Of a DNA stretch of 64,000 nucleotides, positions 31,240-45,144 are shown piece by piece. Under the pieces are notes generated by a model. The model had not been told where the DNA came from, did no database searches, and saw only the letters and a list, made by a program, of their open reading frames with translations. The translations under genes were made by a program, and so were the position numbers. The stretch lies in NCBI RefSeq assembly GCF_009914755.1, contig NC_060933.1; one strand, 5' to 3'. This DNA comes from the human T2T-CHM13v2.0 reference genome, Homo sapiens. How positions within the stretch are numbered: position 1 is the first letter of the stretch; every line of letters begins with the position of its first letter.

Positions 31240-31640
31240 TTATCCATTCAATATTTATTATTTATTTATTCAGTCAATTGGCATTCATTCCATATGTATT
31301 TATTCACTCAATATTGATTTACTCATTTAATAAATATTTATTGATTTGATATTCATTCAATAAATACTTATCAAACACCTACCATAGGCCAAGCTCTGTT
31401 TTAGGTGCTTGAGATACATTAGGAAAGAAAACTAAGAACTGTGTCTGTGGAGCCCTTGCAGGAGGCCAAACATCTTACATTTGATTTGATCCTCACAGTA
31501 AATGTATATGGAAGACACTGTTGTCCCCATTTTACAGATGAAAAAACTGAGGCTGAGTGAGATTTAATAACAATGTAGGTATTAAATGGTGGAAATGATC
31601 AAGCCCTGATCTGTGCAATTCCAAGTGTGTGTTCTTTTCA
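31240..31640 (-). mobile_element. L2 3' end with expanded ATTC/ATTT tail plus MIR fragment
   Basis: attcattcaataaatacttatcaaacacctacc...ttaggtgcttgagatac; ccccattttacagatgaaaaaactgaggct. Confidence 0.8.
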
Positions 31641-33719
31641 AATATGACTTTAATCCTGTGGAGATGTCACTTTACTCAAGGAAGAGTAATCAGCTTTGCA
31701 TTAGATATTCGTTAGTCTATTTCTCCAGAATTTATGTGCAGAAATTATCCCTATAGGGGAACAAACCAACTTACACACAAAGTGCCAAATGTAGAAAACC
31801 AACCGATTTGACAAAGCCACTCACCAAGGATGTATGTTTGCTACGAAGCATGATGTCATCAGAGCCTGGTTGTATAAGAGAGTATTTAGCAAGACTTTAA
31901 GAAGAGTGAATGAATATAGAGCTTTCAAGGACTTATCAAACTTAAAGGTAACCAATGCAGACAAAATGCTTGTAAAATGCTAATTAAGGTACACTTCTTT
32001 GCCAGTAAGATAAGGTGAGGAGATGATATGATCTAAGGCATTCAGGGCAGTGAAGGGGAAGGGGGTCATTTCCAACATTTAGCGTAACATAAACACAAAA
32101 AATGCCCACTTATTAATGAATAGAGATGCATTCTTTGTTAGCTGGTACCCAGGTTGGGTAGAGGGGTGAGAGTGGGTATTCCATTTGGCTTGGAGGCTTT
32201 AATTTTGTTGCACTATTTCTGAGTGTGTAAAAATAGCTGCCCAAAGCAGCTCTAATTTGCTCCTCTTTCAGCTTCTCTCAGGAAAAGTCTGGAACACGAG
32301 ATGATATTCTCCACTCGAATAAGATGCTGGCAGGAACTGGATAGAAAACTGGTGGAGATACAGTGGATGTATATGAAGAAGGAGCTATCTGTCACTTGTG
32401 AGGCATTTTGAATGCTAGGTGTTCTACATACATATTTTGTTAAATTCCAAAACAATTTCAAGAGGTAGAAATGATCACACTCACTGATAGGTGAGGGAAC
32501 TAAGACTCTCACAAGTAAATTGCCCAGATCTCACAGGTAGAAAGGTACAGAAGACCACCATTTGGAATAAAAATAACTCCAGAAATACTGGTGGCTTCTC
32601 ACTCTCATATCCTCTTTCCTCCCTCATTCTAATCCTAACCGTGTGCTCCACACTGACATATCCAGGTATCAGAAGTGTGTCTGGGACAGGCAGGCAGGCA
32701 CAACAATGCCCACTTCGATTCCACACACTTCAGGTAGAACACCAGTGGTCCTGTGTCTACGTTCCTTTAACTGCCTTTGTCTCGATCAAGACTATTTTTT
32801 GATGCCCACTTCTTTTCCAAAGCAGCCAGGTATGAACACATTGGGATTGGGGGACCGAACTGTGCAAACTGAACCTAGTAGGGCCCCAAAACCCTGTAAG
32901 ACTCAGTTTTATCATACGGCAAAAAGATATAAGCCTGTTATCAACTTGAAAAGTTACTGTGAAGATGACATGGGATACTGATGATCATTGTGGGTTTCAC
33001 AAACTTCTCTGGTGATGAGAAGTGCCCACACACTTGTTGATGTATAGAGCTCTTCCCTGGAAATGTGGATTCGGAACCCATCTCTGGATTACTGTATTAT
33101 TCTCACTGGTATGACTTAGGTATCAAATCAGTGAGTTTGCCTTTGCCCATCCTCTGGTTCTAAAATCTTCTCCCTTCCAAATTTGGAAATAACGTAATCT
33201 TGTGTATTTTACTGGCTTCTTCCCTCTGCATGCATGCTCCTAAATCCTTCAGCAGGTGCCTGATACGAATTGGTTGGAAGTGGGGCATGTGGGCTCTCCT
33301 GCATTTAACTAGCTAGGTTTCCATTTTCCTCCCTCTTTCTACCACTGTCTTGTATTCCCCCTTTCAGACATTAAATGACAAGAACATAATATCCAGCCTG
33401 CATTCCTTATAAAGTCCTCTCCTATATACTTGTTAATGGCTGTCCATCATGGTTCTGCCTGGGGAGGTCTCCAACTCAAACTAACCCAAGGAAGGGATTG
33501 AGGAAGAACATTAGAACCAAATCATATAAATGATTACACTGTGTCTAGGTGACTTTTTAATCAAGGCTTGAAAATTTCAAGTCCAATTTTCCCCAAATAT
33601 TCTATTTGTGTTGTGGTTAAATAATTACATTTTCCATTGTGTGTGTGTGTTTTAAAGAACTATTGCAGAGATTCACACGGGGATGCAAACAGACTGGCAG
33701 GTACTAAAGCAGTGAAGGG

Positions 33720-33895
33720 AACTGTATGAACTTCAGCAAGCTAATTAACCTCTCTGTGCCTCAGTTTATTTATCTGAAACGAAAGATCACATTGATATTC
33801 ACCCTATGGGTTGTCATGAGGACTAAAATGAGTTCATGCAGGTGAGGAGCTGGGAGCAATGCCTGGCACAGGTTGGAAACAGCTGTTATTGTCAT
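33720..33895 (+). mobile_element. MIR SINE
   Basis: gcaagctaattaacctctctgtgcctcagttt...gggttgtcatgaggactaaaatgag...tgcctggcacag. Confidence 0.8.
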
Positions 33896-33939
33896 TGCAG
33901 CAGAGCCATGTTGCAGAGTCTATGTGCAACTCTGTGTGT

Positions 33940-34290
33940 CTGCTCCATTTTCTCCTCTCTTTACTCACTGGCTTTCCCTGCTTGCTCCTGGTTCCTGTTC
34001 TTATACAACTCTAAATTGCATATGGTTTTGGTTTGCCATATTTGTGAGCTTTCAACTTACTCCTATTTCAGCTTCATGATCTCACTTCCAAATAGCAAAT
34101 TCCTTCTGTTCCTTGGTTTGCCCCCCTGAAAAAGAGAATTTGAATTGTCCTATCTACCTTTTACCCTTCTATGGATGAACTCCATAAGGGCCAGATGGTC
34201 ATCTCTGGACTAATTAACAATGGTGGGAGTAGAGGAGTCACATAGTACAAAACCTGGCTGCTTAGGCAGCAGGGGCTTGGGATAGGGGGA
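33940..34290 (-). mobile_element. Old MLT1-type LTR remnant
   Basis: tcacttccaaatagcaaattcc...aaagagaatttgaattg...ggagtcacatagtacaaaacctggctgc; very diverged. Confidence 0.45.
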
Positions 34291-34469
34291 TTTCCTCTAG
34301 AGAGGGCACGAGCAGACACGCAGGCAGGCAATGATTAGCATCTTGTAGTATAAATTCGAGACCACATGTCCACAGCAATTACATTCAGAGTTTCTTTCAT
34401 GAACTCTGATTTCTGCCGAAACTAGGAGGAAATACCTAAAAGAAGACTGGACAAAGAGCCAGGGGAACG

Positions 34470-34600
34470 GAACCCAGACTCTAATCACAATTTGTTGTAA
34501 GACCTCAGTGTAACCCATTTCACCCTCATAGGCCTCAGTTTCCTCATCTGTCAAGGCAATGGGATGGAGAAGATGAACTCTAAATTCCTTTCCACTTCCA
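34470..34600 (+). mobile_element. MIR SINE
   Basis: ggcctcagtttcctcatctgtcaa...gatgaactctaaattcctttccacttc. Confidence 0.75.
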
Positions 34601-35457
34601 AGATAAAAAGGAAACAGAAATGATGAGGCAGGGTGCCTAAAAGCTGACCTTGGACCTGAAATGGTTAGATAATTGAACTTGATGCATAGTTTAAAGCATT
34701 AATGATCTGAAAAATTCCATATGTATTGATATTCTTGGAGACAATTATCTCTACAGTAAGCATATGTTGAATTAGCATAAGGTTACTATTAAAAAATACT
34801 GTGGAAATGAAATATAAACTTCTATAATCGTAGGAAGCAACAATCTCAAAATCACTGATCCAGTCTTTCACTTAAACAGGATTGATGACTAAAGCTCCAA
34901 CTTCCTTCCTCACATCACTGATGTTACGCATGTAGGACATGAAGTCTGGATGAAAGGTGAATGGCTTCTAAATGGATTTGCCTCCCCCCTGAGGTCAGGC
35001 ACCGGCTGGTCTTTAATCACTGTTGTCCTGTGCCTGAGCTTATTTATAAATAAGCTGCAGAGTCAAATGTGTACCACATGTGGAATGCCCCCCAGAAGCG
35101 TTGCCATCATATGGGCCAAATATTGATTTTATAGGAATAAGAATGTGCAGTAAGCAACACGTGGAAAAGAAAGACTACATTTGTTTCCCAATAACCAAGT
35201 TAGTAGAAGACTGCAAAGCTTCTAAAATCATAGCCACTATTTAGGAAGAATTGATCTTTGGATGGTGGATACCTTAGCCAGACCTTATCTACATAGTTCC
35301 CTTTACCAGTGGGGAGTAGAATTTAAGGTTTTTCTGGTTCCACTTTTTGCCACGTAAGTCACCATCTATTCTCTGTTTTTCCCTGTCACAGGGCCTTGGA
35401 ACTCATCCGGGAAGTTTAGTCCATCACTTTACCAAGCTAATTTGCGACAATCAGTCT

Positions 35458-35621
35458 TAGGGTGGCCCTACAGAAACCACAGTTATTTCCAGTCTGAGCT
35501 GTTTCCCAGTTGGGACAAACAGGAATAATTGCCCCTGAAGAGGCCTCTGAAGTGATTGATCCACCTGTGTTAGGCAGGCATATAGTCCAGGTCTTACTGC
35601 TTCTAGCTACTTGGCACCCCT
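35458..35621. mobile_element. Possible hAT-Blackjack-type remnant
   Basis: tagggtggcc...ttggcaccc resemble TAGGGTGACCA-type TIRs; internal gggacaaac motif; weak. Confidence 0.3.
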
Positions 35622-35983
35622 CCATTCTCTGCCTCCATCTCCGACCTGCAGGTTATATTTTTCCTTCAATGAGTTCCCTTGCTCTTTAGACTGCCCTTGG
35701 CACTCCTGTAATAGGCATTTTCACACATGTAGAAATAGGAAAGATGAGAGATCGCGCAGAACAATTTGTCTTGGTCAATGGATTACCTGTAGATCATCAG
35801 GTTGACTGAAATTTTGAGGTCTATGTTGTGTCCCTTGCAATATAATTTTAACACAGTATCTTTCTGATGATATGGTCATTTAAGTGAGCACTAGCAATGC
35901 ACATGTTGCTGTGTGTGCTGAAATACTCCCAGACTAGGTCCAAGTTACGGACGAAAGTGTATTGTTCTCAACGACCTCTAGCC

Positions 35984-36616
<633 letters not shown>

Positions 36617-37809
36617 CTAGAATTATTTTAGTTATCATTTCTAGCTTCCACAAACCATATTAAGTGAAGCATCTTAACATCCAGGCTTTAAAAGGGGAAT
36701 CCGATGTTCAGCATCCCATGATGTAGAATTTTCTTAAACCCCACACCCTACCTAAGGACAGGGGGTTTTATAGTTCTAGAGGTGAAGGAATGGACACTTC
36801 TTAGCTCTCAGAGGTCTGACGTGTTGCAGAATCTCCCTCAATATTGAGCTGCAGAAACACTGAAGGACAGGCTATGTTTCAGGAGGAGACCCTGGGACAA
36901 TCCCATTGTATAGTAAATGTTATACATACAACCTTTTATCAAGGGATACCATTTTTGACCTGGGGTAGAAAATCAATGGTCATTTGACACACGGTGAAGA
37001 TTCCAAGACTAGAACAAAAAGTATTCTTTTGGATCTTCTTATTGAATTATTGTCAGAGAAGAAAGCCATGAAGAGGTTCCCAGTTCTGTAAAGTCAATTC
37101 AAGCTTGTAAAATGTGCTATTTGCAGATGTTGGTACTGTTTATTCACAGATTCAACAGGCCTAAAGGAGCAGGTTTCTCACGAATGGACATTTCATCACT
37201 CACCACTGTGTTGCTTCTCAAGCTTCTTCTCCCAACATCACAGCCCTGCAAGACTAGTCTCTTATCGGGCTCCCATTTCAATCAGGCTATACTGCCTCTC
37301 TCCAAGTCTGCATCCCACTCTGTGCTGATAATCCAGTTTGAGGACAGTTCCATGTGTATACTACAAGGCATTTGCGACACCTGAACTCCAATAGTATTAC
37401 ACACACACAAATGCACTTGCCTTTAATTGATTTTTAATTTATTTAGGCCCGCATGATTTTTTTATGTCTCCACTTTTGCTGAAAAACTCATAGATTTGTT
37501 TTCCAGTTATGCAAAGGGAAGATTTCCAACATACAAATGCATGGCTTATTTTCAGAACCATGACCGTTTTTCACCATCACCTCCTAAGTATTGACTGTGG
37601 CACTCGCTTCAGTTCACATAGAAGTCACTGTGCAGAGTCTTCAGGAAGCCGCTGGACATGGTGTGAGGACGGAGATGAACTGCACAACCCTGATATCAAC
37701 TCCATACTACAAGGATTTTATCAGACATATGCTGAATAAATGTGTTATGTTTTCAAGGAGGATTTTTTCCCTTAACATTTACTGAGCATTTATCATGTTC
37801 CTGCCTTAC

Positions 37810-38470
37810 ATTGTTCAGGTGGCTTTAATAGAATATCATAAACTGGGTGGCTTATAAATAATAGAAATGTATTTATCATAGTTCTAGAGGCTGGGAAGTC
37901 CTAGATCAAAGTGCTGGCACATACACTGTCTGGTGAGGGTCCTCTTCCTGGTTCATGGATGGCTGCCTTCTTGCTGTGTAAGAGTCAAGGAAGTTCTCTG
38001 GGGTCCCTTTTATAAGGGCATGAATTCCATTCATGACGGTTTCATCCTCAAAACCTAATCACCCCCCAATGACTCCACCTCCAAACACTATCACATTGGG
38101 GATTAGGTTTTAACATACGAATTTTGGAGGAACAAAAATATTCCATCTATAGCATTCGCCCCGTTTTCTCAAAATTTATGTCCTCCCATTTGTTCCATCC
38201 TAATAGCATTTAAAGTCAAGCATCAACCTTAAAATCTAAGTCCAAAGTCTCATCTAAATATTGTCTAAATCTGATCTGGGTGGGACCTAAGATATGATTC
38301 ATTCTGAGGCCAAATTCCCCTCCAGCTATAAACCCGTTAAACAAAACGAGTTATGCACTTTTAAAATACAGTGGGGGACAGGCATAGGATAGACATTCCC
38401 ATTCCAAAAGGGAGAAATCAAAAGAAAGACAGGACTGACAGTCAAATTCCATTAGACCTTAAGGCTAGAA
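37810..38470 (-). mobile_element. MLT1A-like LTR plus adjoining MaLR internal sequence
   Basis: LTR runs to ~38155 (ttccatctatagca), followed by internal motifs tccaaagtctcatct and aggcataggatagacattcccattccaaaagggagaaat. Confidence 0.85.
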
Positions 38471-38800
38471 ACTGGGGTGAGGGGCTAACAGTGTAAGTCC
38501 CAGTTCAAATCTGATGGCTCAAGAACCAGGAGCACTGATATCTGAGGGCAGGAGGAGATGGATGTCTCAGTTTAAGCAGAGAGGGAATTCACCCTTCACT
38601 CTGTCTTTCTATCTGGGCCCTCAATGGATTGTGTGCTGCCCACCCACATCAGTGAGGGTGATCTTCTTTACTCAGTCAACTGAATCAAATGCTAATGTCT
38701 TGCAGAAACTCTCTCACAGACACGCCCAGAAGTAATGCCTTACCAGCTATCTGGGTATCACTTAGCTTAGCCAAGTTGACACCTGAAATTAACCACAACA
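38471..38800 (-). mobile_element. MLT2 (ERVL) LTR, partial
   Basis: ggccctcaatggattg...cttctttactcagtcaactgaatcaaatgctaat...caagttgacacctgaaattaaccacaaca. Confidence 0.85.
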
Positions 38801-38980
38801 GTGCCCAACAGCTAATTTAATCCTCATAAAATCTTGTGAAGATACTAGTATTACCATCCTAATTTTAAAAATGAATCTGAGGCATAGCGTGCTAAGTGAC
38901 TTGCCCATGGTCACAGAGCAGGGAGTGGTAGAGCTCAGATTTGCACGTGGGGAGCATGGCTCCAGAGTTTTGCTTCTCAA
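38801..38980 (-). mobile_element. MIR SINE (remainder; first part at ~37775-37805)
   Basis: atttaatcctcataa...ctgaggcatagc...aagtgacttgcccatggtcacagag. Confidence 0.8.
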
Positions 38981-41900
38981 GTTCCCCTCAAGAAACAAAT
39001 GCAAAATAGGATAAGAACCTTTCGACCATTAGTGTGATAAAATGAAGAGGCTATGGAGCCTGTGTTTTTAGCCTTAGTAAGTGAGGAGAGCCTTCCATGA
39101 TGGACGGTACAGTTCAGGAAGTTAAAAACCTGTAGCAGTCAAGTGCCAAAGAAAGCATGAGAAAATGGAAAAAAGGCCAGCGAGTCTTGAATGCCCACTG
39201 CTTCCTGTCCTTCATTGCTCTCCTCCTTGACCCCTGCAGCGTCTTGCTGACAGCCCGTATTCCCCACACCCACATTAGCTCCCACTTTTTCCTGCTTTCC
39301 CACTCAATGACATGTCCCATCTCCTTGACCTTCCCCAACCCTTCCCAAGGGTATATGTTTCAGGACCTACCAACCCACCTGTCAAATTCACACAAAGCAG
39401 GGAGCATCTGAGCTTTCCAAAGACCTCTTCTCATTCTTTTTTGGCAAAATGATACAATTTCTCACAAAATTTATGGTTTTTACCTCACCATCCCCTTTAC
39501 CATCTCCATGCCTAAATAACATAATTAGCGGGCTCCTTTTCTTCAGCTACAATACCACTGGGGAAAGGAATTCAATTTGGTAGATCTTCCCCCACTTTAC
39601 TCACACTAACTCCCTGAGTTCCAAAGGACCTGGACCATAAAAAATAAATTTGACAATAAAAAAATTGGACTTAACAAATCCAAACTCAGAAAATACATTC
39701 CTGGACTTGTCAGAACAATAAGTCAATGCCACATGTCAATAGGAGGCAAATTTGAAACAGACAGAAAAGTGAAATCAATAGTCTATCTGTGAGAATTCTA
39801 ACTCTACTCCCTAAACCAAATATTAGAAGTTCAAAAGGAAAAATATTTTTTTTTCTGATTGATTTGCAAATGACAAAGATAAGGTCGATTTCCTAGAGTT
39901 TTTCTAAGCTTTTTGTTTTTTTTTTTTTTCACCTGGGAAGATTAAATGGGAAAAACACTCAATTTTAGTTTATCTAAAAAAATGTAAAAACAGCTCAATT
40001 TTTAATTTATTTGTGCCTGTCAGATAATGGGGAGTACAGATGATGCCCAACTGAAGCATCTTGACTCACCTTCTCAAACTTGGACAGTGATGTGAGCCAG
40101 ATCAGTGTTCATGCTCAGGCCTTGATTGACTTGTCAGCCTCTCATGCTTTCCATTAATAAGCTGTATTAATAGAGTATGTGGTAGGATATAAAATCCCCA
40201 TACACTATTCTGTATAGTCCTTTGGCTACTTTCTAGATGCTTTTTATTGCTTCAGGATTATTTCTCCTTGTAAGATCATCACGCAAAATTCCTGACTTCT
40301 TTCTTAATATTAACATTACAAGGGAATTTAGTCATCTGTACAAACATTGAGAAGTTAAGCTTTCAAATAAAAAAACCAACAACCAACCAAAAGACAGCAA
40401 GAAAACCCGGTAATCTCTGAGACTAAAACCCTGGGGTGAGATAGGTGCCCACAATCTCTTCAATTGTTGAAAGACCAGGACCATTTCTCAGACTTAAACC
40501 TGGAATGTTCTTAGAAGAAATGAAAATGTTTCACATTCAGAATGATAGGAAGAATAAATATTTGTTAAAAATAGCATGTTTCATGGATTATAGCTCATAA
40601 TGTTTGAGCTGATAAAGACTAAAGCTACTTCTTATTATATAAAGAATTTGAATCTCTTAGTACTTTAAATAAATACCAGAATATATATGATTTCTTTGCT
40701 TCTAGGAATACTTGTAATTGTTAAGTGCTCATCTTGAGTTCAATGAAAAGGCAGAGGATGTTTAAAATTTCTTAAAATAATAGCATCTAGCTGCAACCAG
40801 TTCCCCATATGACATTCCATTCTGCCTGAGGCAGTGTGTAGGGGATAGCATTCCATAAAGGTGTGGCATTAGGAGAAGTGACTGCTTACCAAGTATGGGA
40901 CAGCATTTTCTTTCTTTGATTACAAAATAACATATGCCTATGATTAAAAAAAGAAAATAATAAAGTAGTATATATAAAGTGAAAATTAAAAGTCCCCCTC
41001 TGAAGTGACGGTAGGTATTCCAAATCTTTTTCTGGGTATATATAAGTGAATGTATATCTAAATAACAAAATGTCACCTATTCAGATTTCTCAATATCAGA
41101 ACCATCCAAATAATGAGATTGGCCTAAAAGGATTTTTTTGAAATGCTTATCCATTTAAACTATCATGCCGAGTAATAATTGAGGAGTAATTCCTCATGGT
41201 ATGTGGCATATGGTGGGATGTGCTGGTTGGTTGCCATGGAGATTCATTTGGTGGTATATTGCGAAGTGAGGTTGGTGGCTGTTCTGGTAATGCATGAGTT
41301 GGGCTGGTTCAGAGTTATTTCTATGTTGTAAAAGCAATAAAGTTTAAAGTACTGAAATGAAATTATACAAATACATTACACATCCCATTCTTACTTCATA
41401 ATCCATATAATGGAAAGTGGAGAACGTATTCAGAAGATGTATAGATTGGATTAAGGTTTTGTTTTGTTGTTATCATTGGGTTCTTTTGTAGGTAGAATAT
41501 CTAGATTCGTTAATCTAGCCACATTGCAAGCATTTTGGCAAAAAATAGTTCTTCTACTGTATTTGTAATCCTGATGTTGGCTGATGTCTTCCAGACCCAT
41601 AAGATCTAGATGAACAGCTTGAACCACCCCACCCCCCATTCTATGCCCTGAGGAAATCTAAGGTTCTCCTCAAGATTTCTACATATTTTCAAAGATTTGA
41701 TGTGCTTCCAAAGCCAAGAAAGGCTCCCTATTCTCTGGCTGCTGTCTCTGTTCTGCATTGTTGACTTATATGGTCAACTTGGCCCCTTCCTGGATTTAGG
41801 CATGCACACACACCTACATATTCACACAAAGCATTAGTGACTTTAGTGACGATTTGAGGATTATTGGCCAGACTTCCTACTAGGAAGCACACAGCAAGCT

Positions 41901-42179
41901 ATTTAAAATCACTCATTAACGACTTCACTTCTTAAGTCTTTTCCTCCATCTTGCTTCAGGGAGAGCTACACTTGCTTTTGCCTCAGATGCTGCTAGCCCC
42001 TCACCTTCTCTCTCTCTCCTCTCCTTATCTTTTCTGCTGTCATCTCCTTCCTTCAAACATACAGAACAGGTTAGACTTCTTTACTTCCTTCTGCAATAGC
42101 TGCATCTCCAAACATATTAAAGTACTGAGTAGAACACCATTTAACAGAGTCTACCCTAAAGAGATCTTGTATAAAAATG

Positions 42180-42600
42180 GGAAAAATTTATTACATTTAT
42201 ATAGAAATCACTTGGGTATTGTTATATTTTACAAAATGGGACAATATAATACATATTACTACGCAATTTGCTTTTTCAATCTCTCATCAGCATATCATGA
42301 ATAACATTTCAGGGAACTTAAATCAACCTTACTCTTTTTAATGGCTGAGTATTACTCCATAGTGTATTATATTTAGGAATCCCCTCTATCAGTATATATT
42401 TAGCATTTCTCTACAATTTTTCACTCTTATAATGATGTAATGAATATCCTTGCACATGCATATTTTCACATTGCTATGAGTGATTGCTGCAGGAAAAGCC
42501 CTAGAAGTGGAATTATGGTCAAGACATAAGCATATTTAAAATTTTGATAGACTCTCTCAAATTGCTCACAAAATAGCATGTGTATTCATTCCCATCACCA
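42180..42600 (-). mobile_element. Ancient L1ME fragment
   Basis: ctctttttaatggctgagtattactccatagtgt...atgaatatccttgcacat...cctagaagtggaatt. Confidence 0.75.
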
Positions 42601-43759
42601 GGGTGCACACTCACAAAGGATATTTGTAAAGCCTTTTAGAACAACTTTAAACAGTTGCTGGCATATTACATCATCCTTGCAGATGTTAAATAGTTGGGAT
42701 TAGACCAAGAAATTATTTGTAAACACTGCCACCTAAACCCACTGCAAATCTACATGACAGGGAAAAAATATTGGAAATAAAACTAAATAGAGATCCCAGG
42801 TCCCTCACCCAGTGAATAAAAGAGAATCTAAGTCTAGTTAGAATTTTAGTAGGAAGCTAATCTTACAGACAATCACTGAGGAAAGGCACAGAAAAGCACC
42901 CTTGTGGGGGATTGCAGGGGGCTCTGGGAGTGCATGTAGATACCAGCAAGTAGCAGTGACATCATCTTCTTCTTTATATGGGAAACACCCTCATGGTACT
43001 GAAACCCATACTAGCAGACTTCCAAATGAAACTTCTTCGGAGAAACAGCTGTGGGTTTCACAGAGGGCCATCCTTCAATCTACAGGCTTGGGTATGGTGG
43101 AGCTTTTGGCCACATTGCTTCTGACAATCTGTCCATGTCCCCAGCCCTGAGGCTTAATGCTAGAAGCTACAGCCTACCTCATACACAGGACAGTTCCTTG
43201 CACATGTTGGCAAAGTTTCTAGGGTAAAGATGTTACCACTGAGTACTATTTGGGGAATGGAAACAGGAGATCTGAGATCTGGCTCAGATACTGCCCCTCA
43301 CTCATGTTTTGTCCTTAGGTCAACTGTCATGTCTCACTTTCTTCATTTGTAAATTGGGTATTACAAAGGCTTCGCATACCTTCCAAGTAAAGATCATGTG
43401 CATTCACACATATTAAGGCAGTCTGTAGCACAAATTGGGTTTCAAATGTAAGGCTTTGTTAATAAAGAAGGTTCTCTTACAGCTCTTTGTAAACACTACG
43501 GGAAACAAACAAACCAACAAAACCCATTTCCAACAAATCAAAAGAAAAAGAGATCTGAAATTAGATAGCAGTGATGGGTTGCACAACCTTGTGAATATAC
43601 TGAAAATCCCTGGTTGGAAAAAAAGAAAGAAGACAGGAAGGAAGGAAGAAGGAGAAGGAGGCAGGGAGGGAGGGAGGAAGGGAAAGAGACAGAAAGGTTT
43701 TTTTTTGTTTTGTTTTGTTTTTTGTTTTTTTTAATTGCAGAGATAATCAAAGGTGTAGG

Positions 43760-43995
43760 GAGGGAACTAACTTCCTTGGAGCATATTTTATAAGTCAGGC
43801 CCTCTTCAATTTTTCAGATATGGGGTCTTTATTTCATCTCCCCATAATTTGAGATGTAGAAATTATTGCCCAGATTTTTTGGGAAAATGAGAGTTTCAGT
43901 ACCTTGACCAGGTCATAGGGCAATTACCTTGCCCAGAATTTGAATCTAACACTTCTTGACTCCTAGGCCTGAGCTTTTTAGCTGTACCATGCTGC
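43760..43995 (-). mobile_element. MIR SINE
   Basis: ccttgaccaggtcata...cagaatttgaatcta...gactcctaggcctgagctttttagctgtaccatgctgc; another MIR (+) at ~43245-43430. Confidence 0.65.
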
Positions 43996-44630
43996 TTCTT
44001 GACCCAGTCAAAAGCTCAAAGCAAGCATAAGATTTGCCAATGACATCAGACCCACATATTCAGACTCCCCTCAAGAGACTCTATGTGAAAGAACTTGAGA
44101 GATTTCCTTGATGCTAATCTCAAAAGTTAAGTGAAGTGCCCCTGACTGAGAAGGACAGTCCATTATGTGTCTAGTGTTTATACACTCATCATAGCCTTCC
44201 TGGGTCTATTTGTATTTTCATCCCAAAACCTTGTCTTGGGTTAATGAGCCCCACAAGTTCTCTAGCCAAACGTTTATTGGCTTCCAGCTTAACATAAGCT
44301 TGTACCTAATCAATGTAGCCGTTGAAACAAGTTCCACGCTGGCAAATTCCCAAAGCAAAAGGAGGTAAATGAGAACAACATGAATGAGACAAACAAGGGA
44401 GCCACCATGGAGGAACAGTTTAATCAACACTTAGAGAAACATGGCTGCCTCCTGCTGAGATGGAAATAAATCTGTTTTGTAGACATCCTGGTGCCTTTAA
44501 CCATATCCTCTTCCTGTAGTACGAAGCCTTTCAGCTTTTGCATCACTCCTGCTGGAAATCACTTCATAACAAAAGAAGTTGAAAAATTTCAGATCCAGGC
44601 TTTAAAATTAAGTTCTAAAAAATAAAAACA

Positions 44631-44847
44631 GTAGCAGACACAGTTGGTGCCTTACCTATAACACCTTGGACATTTACTGTGAACCCCATGACTCACTGCC
44701 TGAGGATTTTGCCAGACTGGGGAGCATGACAGACCAGTGTGCAAAGCAAGTAGGAAGCGCTAGGCTGTAAACTCCCCCAGAAGTTGCTCTCATCCAATGG
44801 CTGGGTTCATGGATAACTAATTTGATGGACAAAGAGTCAAAAACTGA

Positions 44848-44893
<46 letters not shown>

Positions 44894-45144
44894 GTAGCTT
44901 AGCATCCCAGCTTCATGGTTGGGGTAACTCAAGGTGTGTTTTGCTCTGTCCTCCAGAGTTCTTGAGCTCCATGTGCCTAGAGCAGCAACTGGTTTAATAA
45001 GGCTTCCTTTGTTGGCCTCCTTCCCTTCCCTGTCTCACTTCCCCATTTCCCTCCTGCTGTTTCCTGGGATTATCTCCCAAAAAAACCTCTTGCATTAAAA
45101 TCTTTGTCTCTGAGTCTCCTTCAAGAGGAACCCAAAACAAGACA
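44631..45144 (+). mobile_element. LTR16-like ERVL solo LTR
   Basis: ttggcctccttcccttccctgtctcacttcccc...tttcctgggattatctcccaa...gaggaacccaaaacaagaca 3' terminus. Confidence 0.8.
44848..44893. repeat. Compound (GT)10(AT)13 microsatellite inside the LTR
   Basis: Directly visible. Confidence 0.97.
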
